This document shows, one piece after another, positions 61,049 to 64,000 of a stretch of DNA of 64,000 nucleotides. Position numbers and translations under genes: made by a program. Within the stretch, counting starts at the first letter, position 1, and each line of letters starts with the position of its first letter. Source of the DNA: an uncultured Gemmatimonadaceae bacterium (lineage in GTDB: Bacteria > Gemmatimonadota > Gemmatimonadetes > Gemmatimonadales > Gemmatimonadaceae); contig CAWHHI010000016.1 in assembly GCA_963829055.1 (NCBI GenBank), positions 384,001 to 448,000 of the forward strand, given 5' to 3'. Below the pieces are notes generated by a model that saw only the letters and a list, made by a program, of their open reading frames with translations, did no database searches and had not been told where the DNA came from.

Positions 61049-62869
61049 GTTCCACCTCGCCGTTCAAAACCGCTCTTCGCGATGTGCTCTGCGGCTCGCT
61101 CACGCAGCGAGCACGTCGGCACTCAGGTTCGCCTCGGTGGCTGGGTTCATCGCCGCCGCGACCTCGGTGGCCTCGTGTTCATCGACCTTCGCGATCGCGC
61201 CGGCATCGTGCAGGTGTCGTTCGATCCGGCGTACGCGTCGCGCCGAATCGCTGCGATGTCGCGCGCTCGCTCGGGACCGAGAGCGTCGTGCTCATCGACG
61301 GGCGAGGTCGTGGCGCGGCCGCCAGAGATGCGGAACGCCGAGCTCGCGACCGGCGACGTCGAGGTGCGCGGCGAAGTCGCTGCGCATCGTCGGTCCGGCG
61401 GAGACGCCGGTCATTCCCGTCGCGCGCAATCGCGGCGAGCCTCTCGCCGCGGAGGAGCTTCGCCTTCGCCACCGGCACCTCGACCTGCGCCGCCCGGAGC
61501 TGCAGCGACAACATCATGCTGCGCCACCGGCTGATGCAGGCGACGCGCGCGTTTCTCAGCGGCGAGGGCTTCTTCGAGATCGAGACGCCGATCCTCACGA
61601 AGCCGACGCCGGAGGGCGCGCGCGACTACCTCGTGCCGAGCCGCGTGCACCCGGGCGAGTTCTACGCGCTGCCGCAGTCGCCGCAGCTCTACAAGCAGCT
61701 GCTCATGGTCTCCGGCTTCGATCGCTACTTCCAGATCGCGCGCTGCTTCCGCGACGAGGACCTGCGCGCGGACCGTCAGCCGGAGTTCACGCAGATCGAC
61801 ATCGAGGCGTCGTTCGTCACGCGCGAGGACATCATGGCCGTCGCCGAAGGGCTGATCTGCGCGCTCTGGGCGAGCCGGCGGCACGACGGTGCCGGCCCCA
61901 TTCCGCCGCATGACGTACGCGGACGCGATGGAGCGCTACGGCAGCGACCGCCCGGACCTGCGCTACGGCCTCGAGATCAGCGACGTCGACCGACGTCTTT
62001 CGCGGCGTCGGACTTCGTCGTTACGCGAAGCAGGCGCTCGAGAGCGGCGGCCGCGTGCGCGGCATTCGCGTCCCCGGCGGCGCGTCGCTGTCGCGCAAGC
62101 AGACCGACGAGCTCGAGGCGGTGGCGAAGATCGGCCGGCGCCGGCGGGCTGCATCGCGCTCAAGCGCGTCAACGGCGCGGCTCGAAGGGCCAGGGCGCGA
62201 AGTTCCTCGCCGGAAGGCACGGCCGACCGGCTCGGCCTCGCTCGAGGGCGACCTCGGCCTGTTCGTCGCCGCGACCGGACGCCGTGTCGTCGAGCCCAGC
62301 GCTCGACCGCGTGCGGCAGGACGTGGCGCAGCGGCTGAACCTGGTTCGCCGGAGCGAGCTCGCGTTCGTCTGGGTCATCGACTTCCCGATGTTCGAGCGC
62401 GACGCGGCGACGGGCGCGCGTGGCGCCGGTCCACCACCCATTCACGGCGCCGCATCCCGACGACGTCGCGCTGCTCGCCACCGAGCCCGGCAAGGCGCGC
62501 GCGCTCGCGTACGACCTCGTGCTCAACGGCACGGAGCTCGGCGGCGGCAGCATCCGCATCAGCGATCCCGCCGATGCAGTCGCGCGTGTTCTCGGCTTGC
62601 TCGGCATCGACGACGCGACGGCGCAGGCGCGCTTCGGCTTCCTGCTCGAAGGGCTGCGCGCCGGCGCGCCGCCGCACGGCGGCATCGCGTTCGGCTTCGA
62701 CCGCATCGCGATGCTGCTCGCCGGCGCGACGTCGCTGCGCGACGTCATCGCGTTCCCGAAGACGACCGCCGCGCGCGCGCTGTTCGAAGGCGCGCCGACG
62801 CCGGTGCCGAGCGAGGACCTCGACGACCTGCACATCGCCATCGCTGAGACTGACGGAGCAACGCGTTGA
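61045..62869 (+). CDS. aspS: aspartate--tRNA ligase (frameshifted)
   Basis: [63 protein letters not shown]. Confidence 0.96.
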
Positions 62870-63833
62870 CCGACGAACAAACCACGCACCGGTTGACCAC
62901 CGAAGGCGCCGACCTGCTGACGCTGGCCGGCGTGAACGACGCCAATCTGATCGAGCTGTCGCGGCAGACGGGCACGCACGTCGCGCTGCGCGGCGACACG
63001 CTGACGCTCGTCGGGCCCGGCGGAGCGCGGTCGAGCGCGCCAGCGAGCATCGCGCAGCGCATGATCGACGCGGCGCAAGCAGCGGCATGGTGCTCGACGC
63101 CGGATGACGTCCTGCGCATGAGCGACGCGACGGCGCGCGCGACCCCGGCGAGCGGCGCGCGACGACGACGCGCATCGCGCTGCCCGGCGTCCGCACGCGT
63201 CATCCAGCCGAAGACGCCGGGCCAGGCGGAGTACCTCGGGCAGATCGCCGGACAACGACATCGTCGTCGGCATCGGGCCCGCCGGAACGGGCAAGACGTA
63301 TCTCGCCGTCGCCGCGGCCGTCGACGCGCTGACGCGAAAGCGCGTGCGCCGCATCGTGCTCGCGCGTCCCGCGGTCGAAGCGGGCGAGAGCCTCGGCTTC
63401 CTGCCCGGCGACATGCAGGCGAAGGTCGATCCGTATCTGCGTCCGCTGTACGACGCGCTCGACGACATGATGCCCGTCGAGCGCATGCAGAAGGCGCTCG
63501 AGACGCGCACCATCGAGATCGCGCCGCTCGCGTTCATGCGCGGCCGCACGCTCGGCGACGCGTTCGTGATCCTCGACGAGGCGCAGAACGCCACGGCCGT
63601 GCAGATGAAGATGTTTCTGACGCGTCTCGGCGTGAATTCGAAGATGGTGATCACCGGCGACAAGACGCAGATCGACTTGCCGAAGCGCGAGGAATCCGGC
63701 CTGATGCAGGTCGAGCGCATCCTCACCGGGCATCGACGGCATCGCGTTCCACTACTTCAACGAGACGGACGTCGTGCGTCACCGGCTCGTGCGCGACATC
63801 ATCAAGGCGTACGCCGAGGACGGCGGCGATTGA
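62866..63833 (+). CDS. phoH: PhoH family ATPase (frameshifted)
   Basis: [54 protein letters not shown]. Confidence 0.93.
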
Positions 63834-64000
63834 GTACGTCGGTCGGGTGGTTAGGCGGCGGCGACGCCGACGATGGAAGTCCGCGCAGGTCGCGCGCTTC
63901 GCTTCCATGGCGCGCGCGCACTCATCGCGCTTGGCGTCGCCGCTGTCACGTATCTCGTCTTTCCCGCGTCACCGGCCGTCGATTCGCCGGTGCTGGAAGT
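63830..64000 (+). CDS. 5' part of a membrane protein, possibly a 7TM-HD phosphohydrolase
   Basis: TM segment [16 protein letters not shown]; identity inferred only from the usual position after phoH. Confidence 0.4.
   Translation, partial: MSTSVGWLGGGDADDGSPRRSRASLPWRARTHRAWRRRCHVSRLSRVTGRRFAGAGS

Overview
High-GC (roughly 68-70% by eye) bacterial core-genome segment. Gene content and order suggest Gemmatimonadota, which is an inference only. Order: Ser/Thr kinase(-), rpsO-pnp-M16 peptidase-ald-dut-deacetylase, ferredoxin-geranylgeranyl reductase(-), mreBCD-mrdA-rodA, accD-folC-hisS-proS-lysA-metallophosphoesterase-guaA, PTS IIA(-), dusB-larB-GGDEF, tmRNA, a repeat-flanked four-helix-bundle gene, a long minus-strand block (transcription order truA, transaldolase-like, degP, purB, purC, psd, pssA, purS, purQ, purL, purF, ppdK), a trp cluster interleaved with lexA and signalling genes, folK-panB-panC-HD-LytR_C, rlmN(-), aspS-phoH. 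Many genes are frameshifted: about 7 before 28 kb and nearly every gene after. This looks like uncorrected long-read indel error, so boundaries after about 28.5 kb are approximate. No CRISPR, integrase, transposase, rRNA or tRNA was seen. Best leads: (1) a strongly over-represented non-palindromic motif CGTTAGG(C) written into genes through rare codons; (2) a transaldolase-fold protein lacking its catalytic residues; (3) a candidate direct-repeat LexA operator, with lexA antisense inside the trp cluster; (4) a four-helix-bundle cassette bounded by inverted heptamer arrays next to tmRNA; (5) recurrent leaderless promoters.
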